From positions 22,201 to 86,200 of IMG/VR virus record IMGVR_UViG_3300037471_001733: 64,000 nucleotides of DNA, one strand, 5' to 3'. A program made the translations under genes and the position numbers. The notes beneath the pieces are model-generated. The model saw only the letters and a program-made list of their open reading frames with translations, was not told the DNA's origin and made no database searches. Below, in pieces: positions 44,287-52,607 of the stretch. The DNA is from a virus. Lineage: Duplodnaviria > Heunggongvirae > Uroviricota > Caudoviricetes. The stretch's first letter is position 1. Every line of letters begins with the position of its first letter.

Positions 44287-44610
44287 TTACACCGGCTCCG
44301 TTGCATCTGCGGGCACAGCAGATGCGCCTTGGCCATCAGTCCAAATCTCTTTCCCGTCGTCAGGATGCAAATGGAATCGCGTGACCTTGCCGCCGGTATT
44401 CCGCTCAATCAGTACAGACAATTTCGGGTTGCTGGGACTCAGCCCGTACATGACGTTGCGGAGGCGACCGAGGGAGACACCACAGCTGGCAGCGAACTCT
44501 TTCCTAGCTTTCGCGTTGGGCAAAGCTTTGACGAAGTCGTACAGCGGGGTGATGTACAGACTGCGGTCGCGTCCATTGACCTTCGTAGCGGTGTAGGTTC
44601 CGGTGCACAT
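44287..44610 (-). CDS. Cro-like / YdaS-family HTH regulator (first gene of the leftward early operon)
   Basis: Start chosen at MCTGTY; ALPNAKARKEFAASCGVSLGRLRNVMYG is HTH-like; its start sits at the centre of a 34-bp palindrome. Confidence 0.5.
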   Translation of the reverse strand: MCTGTYTATKVNGRDRSLYITPLYDFVKALPNAKARKEFAASCGVSLGRLRNVMYGLSPSNPKLSVLIERNTGGKVTRFHLHPDDGKEIWTDGQGASAVPADATEPV

Positions 44611-44685
44611 AACACCGAATCCTACACTGATGAATGCATACCTAGCAAACACCGTTCGTGGCCTGCCGCGCAGTCCACTACTGGT

Positions 44686-45180
44686 GTGAGTGACGACCGC
44701 TTAATCCGTATCAGCAATCTGCGCAGGGTGTGCGCCGAGCGCAGGCTCAAGACCGCCGATCTACACCGGCTCCTGCCCTATGCCCGCTACACCTACTGGC
44801 GTGACGTACTGGAGGGCGACAAGCCCTTTGGAGAGAAGGCAGCGCGCAAGGTAGAAGCCAAGCTCGGCCTGCCCGACCGGTGGCTGGACACGCCGCGGGA
44901 CCCTGTTGAGTTCCGCGAGGTGTTACCCAGCGTGCCCGACGACGACGAAGACGAGCACCCAGATGAAGGGGGCCATGAATCGCACTGGCGCCACATCGCG
45001 GAGCTGTTTGCCGATATCTGCACGGAGCAGGACATCAAGATGCTGCCGTCCACCTTCTTGCTGATCGTTGATGCCGGCGTCCAGCGCGTGAATGAAGCGG
45101 CCGACAAGCGCAAGGCTTCCGAGGTTTTCAGCAAGCTTCTTCGCGTACTACAGCACGGCAAAGACCAAAATAGGGGCTAA
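44686..45180 (+). CDS. CI-like HTH repressor candidate (GTG start; no S24 peptidase domain)
   Basis: VSDDRLIRISNLRRVCAERRLKTADLHRLLPYARYTYWRDVLEGDKPFGEKAARKVEAKLGLP is HTH-like; divergent from the Cro-like gene; upstream part of the track ORF overlaps the Cro-like gene. Confidence 0.45.
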   Translation: MSDDRLIRISNLRRVCAERRLKTADLHRLLPYARYTYWRDVLEGDKPFGEKAARKVEAKLGLPDRWLDTPRDPVEFREVLPSVPDDDEDEHPDEGGHESHWRHIAELFADICTEQDIKMLPSTFLLIVDAGVQRVNEAADKRKASEVFSKLLRVLQHGKDQNRG

Positions 45181-45281
45181 TACCTCTTTTCGTAAAACCG
45201 CACCCCCGGGCTTTGCCTTGGCGTAACGAATTACGGAACCTGTAGTTCTTGCAGTAGTCTTCACCACTATGAACCGCACGG

Positions 45282-45596
45282 GTGTTGCGGTTTGGAGCAG
45301 TGGTGGGATCGGTCTGGAACGAAGAAAAGCACGGCAGCCGCCTTCTCGTGGCCGCTAACGAGGGACATGCCCCGGCGCCGACGGAACCCCCGTCGATCAC
45401 GGCGGGGCTGCTGCAGCAGAGATTGCGCAGCAACGCTCCAATCAAGGCCATGAGCAACGCCGCGGCTGATGCCCTGGTCGGGCTGCTCGCTGGCGACACC
45501 GACGCCGCTACGGTGCGCGCGTGGATCGCTGATCTTGACGCCATGGTGCGCAAGGAGATCGTCTTGCCCTCCCAGGGGCCCGTCGGGCTCGCCTAA
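45282..45596 (+). CDS. Hypothetical ORF following the CI-like gene (weak)
   Basis: 104-aa ORF ending 12 bp before a strong terminator. Confidence 0.3.
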   Translation: MLRFGAVVGSVWNEEKHGSRLLVAANEGHAPAPTEPPSITAGLLQQRLRSNAPIKAMSNAAADALVGLLAGDTDAATVRAWIADLDAMVRKEIVLPSQGPVGLA

Positions 45597-45607
45597 CCAA
45601 CCCCTTT

Positions 45608-45640
45608 AAGCAAGCAAGAAGCCGCCTTCGGGCGGTTTTC
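45608..45640 (+). terminator. Rho-independent terminator
   Basis: GCCGCC-TTCG-GGCGG followed by TTTTCTT. Confidence 0.6.
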
Positions 45641-45649
45641 TTGGCACAC

Positions 45650-45673
45650 CGTACTGTGTATTTTATCAGTACG
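45650..45673. promoter_or_regulatory. Palindromic site CGTACTG-N10-CAGTACG upstream of the rightward promoter
   Basis: Perfect 7-bp inverted repeat, 38 bp upstream of the -35 element. Confidence 0.35.
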
Positions 45674-45710
45674 TATTTACTTAGGTAATCGAAAAGCACA
45701 CCGTTTTGTG

Positions 45711-45740
45711 TTGACCGTCGCCGGGCTGCGGTGTTGTAAT
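45711..45740 (+). promoter_or_regulatory. Sigma70-like promoter of the rightward operon
   Basis: TTGACC-N18-TGTAAT, 30 bp upstream of the 45770 ATG. Confidence 0.4.
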
Positions 45741-45769
45741 GACTCCAACGCGCTACACCAAAAAGCGCA

Positions 45770-46111
45770 ATGGAGACGGCAATGAACACCAGTGGCAGCG
45801 GCTACTCCTTCCAGAGTTTTCTGGGGGCGATCCCGGTAACTGTCTTCTATTGGGTAGAAGACGGTTTCGTGACGCCGATGACCTGCGATGTCGGCGGGAA
45901 GGTTGCATCGCTGCTGGATGACGGAGACCACTTCTCTCCGGTGCAGCTTCGCGTTTGGCAGCGCGCCGCCGAAGCCGACTACAGCCGCCGCACTGGCGCC
46001 GACTTCGAGCCCGATCCCACCGACTTCTTCAGCGACCCCGCAGGATGCGCCACGCGCTCGCTGGCCAGCTACTTCGACCGCGTTGATGCGGCTGCTCGGT
46101 GGGGTGCGTGA
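45770..46111 (+). CDS. Hypothetical protein
   Basis: 113 aa. Confidence 0.45.
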   Translation: METAMNTSGSGYSFQSFLGAIPVTVFYWVEDGFVTPMTCDVGGKVASLLDDGDHFSPVQLRVWQRAAEADYSRRTGADFEPDPTDFFSDPAGCATRSLASYFDRVDAAARWGA

Positions 46112-46404
46112 TGACCACCCTCTACGCCGAATTCTCTGCCTTCGCCGCAGAGTTCAAAGCCGCCCGCCCCGAGCGCTTCGGCCGCCGTTCTGAACGCGCT
46201 AAACGCTCTGAAGCACCGTTCCGTGGCGTTCCTGCGCGCCTGGACGTTGATGCTGCGCGCGCTGAGCTGAGGGAACTGGTTGCGCGTCACGACGCGCGCT
46301 ATGAGTACAGCGACGACTACTCCGTCTGGGCTCGCGGTCAGGCTGAAGCCCAGCGGATCGCGGATCTGCGGTCGGCGATCGCCAAGGCTGGGGCAGCGGC
46401 ATGA
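46099..46404 (+). CDS. Hypothetical protein
   Basis: 101 aa. Confidence 0.45.
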   Translation: MGCVMTTLYAEFSAFAAEFKAARPERFGRRSERAKRSEAPFRGVPARLDVDAARAELRELVARHDARYEYSDDYSVWARGQAEAQRIADLRSAIAKAGAAA

Positions 46405-46769
46405 ACGGCGCACATCTGACTAGCCAGCGGGCCATCAATGGGCCGTCGAAGCCGACAGCCGATGCTCCTGAAGGCGGCGACTACGCCATCGTTGTTGACG
46501 GACAGATCATCGCTGAGGTGTTCTACCGGTCATCGCCCACGCACACGCATGACGCGTGCGCCACTGCCCGCCTGTTCTCTGCCGCGCAGGACCTTCTGGA
46601 CGCCCTGCAAGACCTCCTGCGCGCCAACACCGAGGCGGCGAACTTCTCGATGAGCATGGTCACCGACCGCGAGGAGTTCGATGGCTTCCTGCGCGAGTGC
46701 GAGGCCAAGGTGGATGCGGCTGAGACGAAGGCTCGGGCTGCGATTGCAAAAGCGACTGGAGGCGTGTGA
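46401..46769 (+). CDS. Hypothetical protein; paralog of 38724-39125
   Basis: 122 aa; C-terminal ARAAIAKATGGV. Confidence 0.45.
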   Translation: MNGAHLTSQRAINGPSKPTADAPEGGDYAIVVDGQIIAEVFYRSSPTHTHDACATARLFSAAQDLLDALQDLLRANTEAANFSMSMVTDREEFDGFLRECEAKVDAAETKARAAIAKATGGV

Positions 46770-47251
46770 TGCGCGGCGTGTTTGCCGACCTGCGTGACCG
46801 AGTGTTTGGCCGCCTGGTAGTTGTGGACATGCATGACAAGCTGCCCACCGGCCAAGTGCTGTGGCTGTGCCTGTGCGAGTGCGGTGAAACGAAGGCTGTT
46901 CAGAGCGGCCACTTGACAAGCGGCCGCATCAGTTCCTGCGGCTGCCTGAAGCGCGAGAGTCAGCCTGCGCACCTGTGGACCGCCGAGAACATCGCCAAGT
47001 CCAGTGCTGCCCGCCTGACCAAGCGCGCAGCACGCTTTGAGCAGGCCCGCCGCCGTGTATGGGGGCTTCTCACTCCTGTTGAGAGCATCGACCGCCAAGG
47101 TGAGGAGTTCTGGCGTTGCGCGTGTGTGTGTGGTGGAGAAAGAACTGCCTGGGCAGCCGACATACGCCGCGGCAAGACCATCTCTTGCGGCTGCAGTCGG
47201 CGTGGCTTGTCCTACGGCAAGGCTCATGACGGAGTCGCGACATGCGCGTGA
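46766..47251 (+). CDS. Zinc-binding protein with duplicated CxCxCG...SCGC motif
   Basis: CLCECGETKAVQSGHLTSGRISSCGC and CACVCGGERTAWAADIRRGKTISCGC. Confidence 0.45.
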   Translation: MMRGVFADLRDRVFGRLVVVDMHDKLPTGQVLWLCLCECGETKAVQSGHLTSGRISSCGCLKRESQPAHLWTAENIAKSSAARLTKRAARFEQARRRVWGLLTPVESIDRQGEEFWRCACVCGGERTAWAADIRRGKTISCGCSRRGLSYGKAHDGVATCA

Positions 47252-47649
47252 TGCTCATCGCCTGCTCGAAGGCCAAGCGCCCGCACGAAGCGGTTGCGGC
47301 CGAGCTCTACCAGGGCGACCTGTTCAAGAAGGCTCGCGCACTGGCCGAGAATCGCGGGGCCCGCTGGTTTGTGCTTTCGGCCAAGCATGGAGTGGTTTCG
47401 CCCGACCGCGTGCTGCACCCCTACGACGACACACTGGCGCATGCCACGCGGGACCGCCTCGCCGCCTGGAATGCGCTGGTGCTGTCTCAACTGGTCGAGG
47501 CCAAGCTGCTGGCTGAGCCGCTGGAGATCCTGGCTGGCCGCTGCTACCGCGGCTGGGCTTCATGCCTGGATGCGACTGTTCCGATGCGCGGTATGGGCAT
47601 CGGCAAGCAGAAGGCGTGGCTTGCCGAGCAACTGCGGAGGGCTGCGTGA
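47242..47649 (+). CDS. Hypothetical protein
   Basis: 135 aa; MRVMLIACSKAKR... Confidence 0.45.
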   Translation: MRVMLIACSKAKRPHEAVAAELYQGDLFKKARALAENRGARWFVLSAKHGVVSPDRVLHPYDDTLAHATRDRLAAWNALVLSQLVEAKLLAEPLEILAGRCYRGWASCLDATVPMRGMGIGKQKAWLAEQLRRAA

Positions 47650-47822
47650 TGGCCCGCCGAGACGGTTTAGCACGCGGCTCCAAGTGGCTACTGCCCAGCG
47701 GCCGCGTGGCAACGGTGGATGTCCTGAAGGGCTACCACGTCACGCTGCGGTACGCGGACGACACGGACGAGTCTGTGGAACTGCTGCTGTCGTTCCTGAC
47801 GCAACACGGCATCGAAGTATGA
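47649..47822 (+). CDS. Small hypothetical protein (57 aa)
   Basis: TGATG overlap with the upstream gene. Confidence 0.35.
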   Translation: MARRDGLARGSKWLLPSGRVATVDVLKGYHVTLRYADDTDESVELLLSFLTQHGIEV

Positions 47823-48043
47823 GCAGCCTCACCGAAGCCACGCTGGCCGAAGGCGACTTCACTGCCCGCGAGCGCGCACTGTTGCAGGCGCTCCAGCCGT
47901 TCGCTTACTACGGAAGCCTCGACGGCACCGTGCATCACTTTGCCGCGCTGTTCCCTGTGCACGAGCGCGAGCGGATCAAGGAAGAGTTTGCGCGGGCAAC
48001 CCGCGTGTACCGGAAGGCGACTTCCGCCAAGGAGGAATCGTGA
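47819..48043 (+). CDS. Hypothetical protein (74 aa)
   Basis: ATGA overlap. Confidence 0.4.
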   Translation: MSSLTEATLAEGDFTARERALLQALQPFAYYGSLDGTVHHFAALFPVHERERIKEEFARATRVYRKATSAKEES

Positions 48044-48456
48044 ATGCTGTCATCGAATCTTGGTTCCCATCGAGGGCGAAGAAGCCCGCGAAGCCACAGC
48101 AAACCCGCCTAGGCCGTCGCCGGATGCTAGACCTCAACACCATCGCGCCGGCTGCGGTCCCCGGCCCGTACATCAAGCGCGCTGGCGACCGCTGCCTGTA
48201 CGCCGAAGTCGGCGGTGAGATGGTGCTGCTGGGCATGGCGTTCCAAGGTCTGCACCCGACGATCACCCCGGCGATGAGCGAAGCGACTGCGCAGCAGTTC
48301 AAGGCGGCCCCGGACCTGTTTGCGGTGACGCTGGAGCTGGCGCGGCTGGCCGACCAGGCGCACGAGCTTGATGAGCAGGCGCTGCGCCAGCGCGTTGCTG
48401 CGCTGTTCGACCCGGCTGAGGTTGCGCTGGCCCGTGCGACTGGCCTGCTGGGGTGA
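48040..48456 (+). CDS. Hypothetical protein
   Basis: 138 aa. Confidence 0.45.
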   Translation: MNAVIESWFPSRAKKPAKPQQTRLGRRRMLDLNTIAPAAVPGPYIKRAGDRCLYAEVGGEMVLLGMAFQGLHPTITPAMSEATAQQFKAAPDLFAVTLELARLADQAHELDEQALRQRVAALFDPAEVALARATGLLG

Positions 48457-48459
48457 GTC

Positions 48460-48675
48460 ATGAGCGCGCAACTCCACCAATCTGCGATCCGCATCCTGTT
48501 TGCGGCCCGACAAGCTGACCCGCTGCAGGTTGATGCGCTGATCGCTCGGCACGAGCGTGAGTGCGTCGCCGAGATGGCCGAAGAGGCAGCGGCTGGCCAA
48601 CTGACGTGCCCGCCGTGCACGAGAAATTGCAGCCAGGGCCTCACCTGTCCTGCCCGTCAACAGAAAAATGGTTAA
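48460..48675 (+). CDS. Hypothetical protein
   Basis: 71 aa. Confidence 0.35.
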   Translation: MSAQLHQSAIRILFAARQADPLQVDALIARHERECVAEMAEEAAAGQLTCPPCTRNCSQGLTCPARQQKNG

Positions 48676-48943
48676 GGAGCCGACCATGGACCAGAACAGC
48701 GCCATCCTTTATCGCCGCGCCCGCGAAGAAGACTTTGTGGACACGGAGCCGGCAGCGTTCGACGGCCACATCCCGCTGTCCGAGTGCAGCGAGGAAACGC
48801 AGTCCCTCTGGGCCGAGCACCAGATAGCGGCCTGCGCGCGCTGCCGGTATGGCTGCAACCCGCCGCTGCCGAGTTGTACTGGCGGCATCGGCATCAAGGA
48901 GATCTTGGGATTTCTGTTCTATCCCCTGGCGCGGAGGGCTTGA
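48668..48943 (+). CDS. Cys-rich hypothetical protein
   Basis: 91 aa. Confidence 0.4.
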   Translation: MVKEPTMDQNSAILYRRAREEDFVDTEPAAFDGHIPLSECSEETQSLWAEHQIAACARCRYGCNPPLPSCTGGIGIKEILGFLFYPLARRA

Positions 48944-48944
48944 A

Positions 48945-49103
48945 ATGCTGGATCACTACTTCCTGGCCGGCGACGGCCCCAAGGAACTGATCGACCGTGA
49001 GTTTGTGCGCACGCGCAACGACCGGGCACGGTCGCTGGTGTGGGACGTGCTCGCCTTTGTCGGCGGCATCGGCCTGTTCGTGCTGTCTTACCTCAGCCGC
49101 TGA
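48945..49103 (+). CDS. Small membrane protein (52 aa)
   Basis: Internal ATG; C-terminal hydrophobic helix. Confidence 0.3.
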   Translation: MLDHYFLAGDGPKELIDREFVRTRNDRARSLVWDVLAFVGGIGLFVLSYLSR

Positions 49104-49112
49104 AAGCAAACC

Positions 49113-49604
49113 ATGACCGAAAAACAAACAATCACCGAAGAGTCCGGTATCCACAATGAGTGGTACGAAGAGGCCAAGAAAGTCACGCTGGAAACTCTGC
49201 CGGCCTTCGTCACCAAGCTGTGCAACGACTACTCGCACGACTACGGGACCATCTGCCACGCCATGGCTGCCGCGATGACGGCGGCCATGAACGCAGTGGA
49301 CAGTTCGCCTACCGGTGGCATCACCGGATTCCAGGCCGGCTGCGTCATGTGGATGGTGCTGAAGCACGCATTCCACAAGGATGGGCCGATGTCTCTCGTG
49401 GACTGGACGAACCTGCTTTATCCGCAGTACGCCGATCGCTTCACCACGATTCCCAAGCAATCCTGGGAACGAGTTCGCGAGATAGCGCAGAAGAAACTCA
49501 GTGAAGACGACAAGCGTTACTGGTCGCTAGGCGTGCTGTCTCACATGCAGTCCATCGCTGAACACGGTATCCCGCCCTTCGGGCTGAAGGTTGCCGCCAA
49601 CTGA
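49113..49604 (+). CDS. Hypothetical protein
   Basis: 163 aa; GC slightly lower than its surroundings. Confidence 0.5.
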   Translation: MTEKQTITEESGIHNEWYEEAKKVTLETLPAFVTKLCNDYSHDYGTICHAMAAAMTAAMNAVDSSPTGGITGFQAGCVMWMVLKHAFHKDGPMSLVDWTNLLYPQYADRFTTIPKQSWERVREIAQKKLSEDDKRYWSLGVLSHMQSIAEHGIPPFGLKVAAN

Positions 49605-49658
49605 GCTACGGGCGCACCGGCTGCCCTGACGCCGGCATCCAACCTCTCGGAGACCGCC

Positions 49659-50366
49659 ATGACGTATCGTGCAGTTGACCCTTTGACCGGCAAGTCCATA
49701 GGCCTCGGCAACTACAAGCCGCGGCCTGAACTGGAGAAGCGCTTGGCCGAGCAGGTGCAGCGCAAGACCAGCGAAGGCACGTTCAAGACCGGCGCCGATG
49801 GGCGCACAACGTTCGTGCCCAAGTTCATTGAGGAGGCAGCTGCGCATGCGGTCACCGCCGCACCGTTGACGCAGTTCAAGCCGGGCGACCGCGCGCGAGT
49901 CATCGCCTCTGCTGCTGAGCTGCACGAGGCCGGCTTCAGCGCGGGCTTCTCCGCATTTCTTGCTGGGCGCGAAGTTGTGATTGAGGAAGAGGCCCGGTGC
50001 GGGTTTGGTCAGGCCCGTCACCTCGTGAGCTTTACCTACACAGATAGTTGGGGCGACTCGGCCAGCGTCAGGGCGGTGTTCCTGAGTCGCATCCATGAAG
50101 CCGAGGGCGACGACGAGCGAGAAGCCATGGGCCTGACCTCGGCTGAGGCTGGCGTGCTGTCGCCTAGCGAGGCCGCTCGGGAATTTGATCCGTTCGCGGA
50201 GCCGTTGGGCATTGGCGACTACGTGGAATGCGTACGCGAAGACAGCATGCTCTTTGGCTGTCGCGGAGAGGTTGACCAAATCGACGGCACATGGGTGCAC
50301 GTGCTTGGGCTTGGCGGGTGGGATGCCGACCATCGCCACTTCCTGAAGCTCATCGCCAAGGCCTGA
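49659..50366 (+). CDS. Hypothetical protein
   Basis: 235 aa. Confidence 0.5.
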   Translation: MTYRAVDPLTGKSIGLGNYKPRPELEKRLAEQVQRKTSEGTFKTGADGRTTFVPKFIEEAAAHAVTAAPLTQFKPGDRARVIASAAELHEAGFSAGFSAFLAGREVVIEEEARCGFGQARHLVSFTYTDSWGDSASVRAVFLSRIHEAEGDDEREAMGLTSAEAGVLSPSEAAREFDPFAEPLGIGDYVECVREDSMLFGCRGEVDQIDGTWVHVLGLGGWDADHRHFLKLIAKA

Positions 50367-50432
50367 CCATCTAACTGATCCATGCCCGGCGCGGGCTGCG
50401 CGCCAATTCCACAGAAGACGGAGACGGAAACC

Positions 50433-51374
50433 ATGACTACTGCACTCGCTCTCATGAGCAACCGCCTGGCGCAACGCTTCGGCATGGTCGAAGACGCCGA
50501 GTTGATTCCTGTGCTCAAGGCAACTGCGTTCAAAGGTCAGGTCAGTGACGCGCAGATGACGGCGCTGCTGATCGTTGCCGATCAATACGGCCTGAATCCG
50601 TGGACCAAGGAAATCTACGCTTTCCCAGACCCGCAGAACGGCATCGTGCCGGTGGTCAGCGTTGACGGCTGGAGCCGCATCATCAATGAGCACCCCGCCT
50701 TCGACGGCATTGAGTTCGAGTTGTCCGGCAAGGGCGATGACATGGAGATGCTGTGCCGCATCTTCCGCAAGGACCGCAGCCGCCCGATCGCAGTGACGGA
50801 GTACTTGACCGAGTGCAAGCGTGAAACGAAGCCTTGGAAGTCTCACCCGCGACGCATGCTGCGTCACAAGGCTGAGATCCAATGCGCCCGATTGGCCTTC
50901 GGCTTCGCTGGGCTCCACGACCACGACGAGGCGGAGCGCATTGTGGAAGCATCGTCTGGCGCACCGAAGAACATGGGGGCAGCCCAGGTGGTCGAGGCCG
51001 CCGCAGCTGCGGAAATGCCGCTCGGCCTGCTGGAGTCAGCCGAGAGCGCTGCGACCGAAGGGGTGGCCATCTATCAGGAATTCTGGAAGTCAACCGGCCC
51101 GGAAAACCGCAAGGCGCTGGCTGGCCACCATGCGCGGCTGAAGCAAGCAGCCATTGACGCCGACGCGGCGCGCACGGTGGAGATGCCCACGACCGGCGGC
51201 CAAGCCGAGCAGCCCACGCTGGACCTGGTGGCGCTGGAGCGGCGCATCGGCAGCTGCAACGACGCTCAGGTGTTGCTGCTCATTGCCGACGACGTGGCCA
51301 CGCTGCCCGAGGGTGAGGATCGCGCGCGGCTGGAGAAGTTGATCGCGGTGCGCGGCGAAGCGCTGGAGGGCTGA
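50433..51374 (+). CDS. recT: RecT-family single-strand annealing protein
   Basis: LNPWTKEIYAFPDPQNGIVPVVSVDGWSRIINEHPAFDGIEFE...MLRHKAEIQCARLAFGF; RBS GGAGACGG. Confidence 0.8.
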   Translation: MTTALALMSNRLAQRFGMVEDAELIPVLKATAFKGQVSDAQMTALLIVADQYGLNPWTKEIYAFPDPQNGIVPVVSVDGWSRIINEHPAFDGIEFELSGKGDDMEMLCRIFRKDRSRPIAVTEYLTECKRETKPWKSHPRRMLRHKAEIQCARLAFGFAGLHDHDEAERIVEASSGAPKNMGAAQVVEAAAAAEMPLGLLESAESAATEGVAIYQEFWKSTGPENRKALAGHHARLKQAAIDADAARTVEMPTTGGQAEQPTLDLVALERRIGSCNDAQVLLLIADDVATLPEGEDRARLEKLIAVRGEALEG

Positions 51375-51377
51375 TCT

Positions 51378-52064
51378 ATGGCGCTAATCGTCCACACCGA
51401 CCCGCAGGGTAGTGAGGCGTGGCTCGCGGCACGCCGCGGCATCCCGACCGGCAGCCGTTTCAAGGATTGCCGTGACTACCTAAAGCCCACGGCAGCCGAG
51501 GTCAAGGCCGGCGCCACGCGCGGCAAGCCCTCCGCGAAGCTGCTGGGCTATGCGATGGATCTGGCGCGCGAGCGGGTCGGTGGCCATGTGCCTCCCGTGT
51601 TCCAGACCGCCGCGATGCGTACCGGCCATATCGAGGAGCCAAAAGCACGACTCGCCTACGAGGAAGAGACCGGCAACATCGTGATCGAAGCCGGCTTCAT
51701 CACGACGGAAGACCGGCGCTGGGGCGTGTCGGTGGACGGCCTCGTGAAGCCCAAGGGTGGAATCGAGGTGAAGACTATGGTGAGCAGCGCCACGCTGTTC
51801 AAGGCCGTGGTCGAAGGCGACATCAGTGAGTACATCGACCAGATCAACGGCGCGATCCTGCTGCTTGAACTGGACTGGCTCGACCTTGTGCTCTGGGCGC
51901 CCGACCTGGCGCACCTGGGGCGCGGGCTCACCATCCGCCGCATCTGGCGTGACGAAGCTGCGATCCGAGCACTGGAAGCGGACCTGCTGACCTTCGTGGC
52001 GCTGGTCAATGACTTCGAGGCCGCGCTGCGTGCGCCGGCAGTGGAAACCGAAGGAGCCTTCTGA
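51378..52064 (+). CDS. YqaJ-like PD-(D/E)XK exonuclease (RecE/lambda-exo partner of RecT)
   Basis: HTDPQGSEAWLAARRGIPTGSRFKD N-terminal motif; immediately downstream of recT. Confidence 0.75.
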   Translation: MALIVHTDPQGSEAWLAARRGIPTGSRFKDCRDYLKPTAAEVKAGATRGKPSAKLLGYAMDLARERVGGHVPPVFQTAAMRTGHIEEPKARLAYEEETGNIVIEAGFITTEDRRWGVSVDGLVKPKGGIEVKTMVSSATLFKAVVEGDISEYIDQINGAILLLELDWLDLVLWAPDLAHLGRGLTIRRIWRDEAAIRALEADLLTFVALVNDFEAALRAPAVETEGAF

Positions 52065-52321
52065 TGGCAATCGACAAGTCCCTGCGCGGCGGCCAGTTCG
52101 AGACCGTCTACAGGAAGGACACGATTTCGCTCGAATGGGTGCAGCCGGGTCCAGACAGGAAGTCGCTAGTGCTCGCAACCGTCGATACGCAATTGTGCGA
52201 CGAAGATTTTGCGCTTGAGCAGGCGTTTGCGGAGTTTCAGCGGCACCTGATGTCTTCGTTCCTCAAGCACAGGCTGGGCTTTGTCTCGGTTAGGCCGGGA
52301 GACGGGCCGGACACGCACTAG
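52064..52321 (+). CDS. Hypothetical protein
   Basis: 85 aa; ATGA overlap. Confidence 0.4.
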   Translation: MAIDKSLRGGQFETVYRKDTISLEWVQPGPDRKSLVLATVDTQLCDEDFALEQAFAEFQRHLMSSFLKHRLGFVSVRPGDGPDTH

Positions 52322-52341
52322 ACACTTTTCGGGCGATCCCA

Positions 52342-52397
52342 GCGTGATGAGCTTTTTCCAATCTTCGTCTCCTCCCTAGCGGGCTTGCTCATCACGC
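52342..52397 (+). promoter_or_regulatory. Perfect 11-bp inverted repeat (stable RNA hairpin) upstream of the 7-deazaguanine genes
   Basis: GCGTGATGAGC-N34-GCTCATCACGC. Confidence 0.35.
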
Positions 52398-52607
52398 GCA
52401 GCTTCGGCTGCCGCCTTTCTTCTTTCTGCGGCGAACAACAGCACGACGGGGTCTGCTTCCTCCCTGTACTCCTCCTTACCCGTCGTGCGGCGGCGTGTGC
52501 TGCCAGCCGCTCTTTCTTTTGATGGCAACTGCGAAAACCCCGGGGCTACGAGCGCGGCCAGCAGAGCCGCGCCGCCAGCCCCACCAACCAACTACAGCGA
52601 GATTCAC

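Noticed and set aside
44329-44685. N-terminal 119 codons of the 283-aa plus ORF (would give a larger CI-like protein)
   Set aside because: Fully antisense to the better-supported Cro-like gene and junk-like. The HTH domain begins right after a GTG at 44686.
18736-45240. Shared 13-mer GAATTACGGAACC at 18736 and 45228 as a possible common regulatory site
   Set aside because: Tens of 13-mer coincidences are expected by chance in 64 kb on two strands, and there is no palindromic or promoter context at the second copy.
52322-52607. preQ1 riboswitch upstream of the que genes
   Set aside because: No match to the preQ1-I or preQ1-II consensus (small hairpin plus A-rich tail); only a generic long inverted repeat is present.
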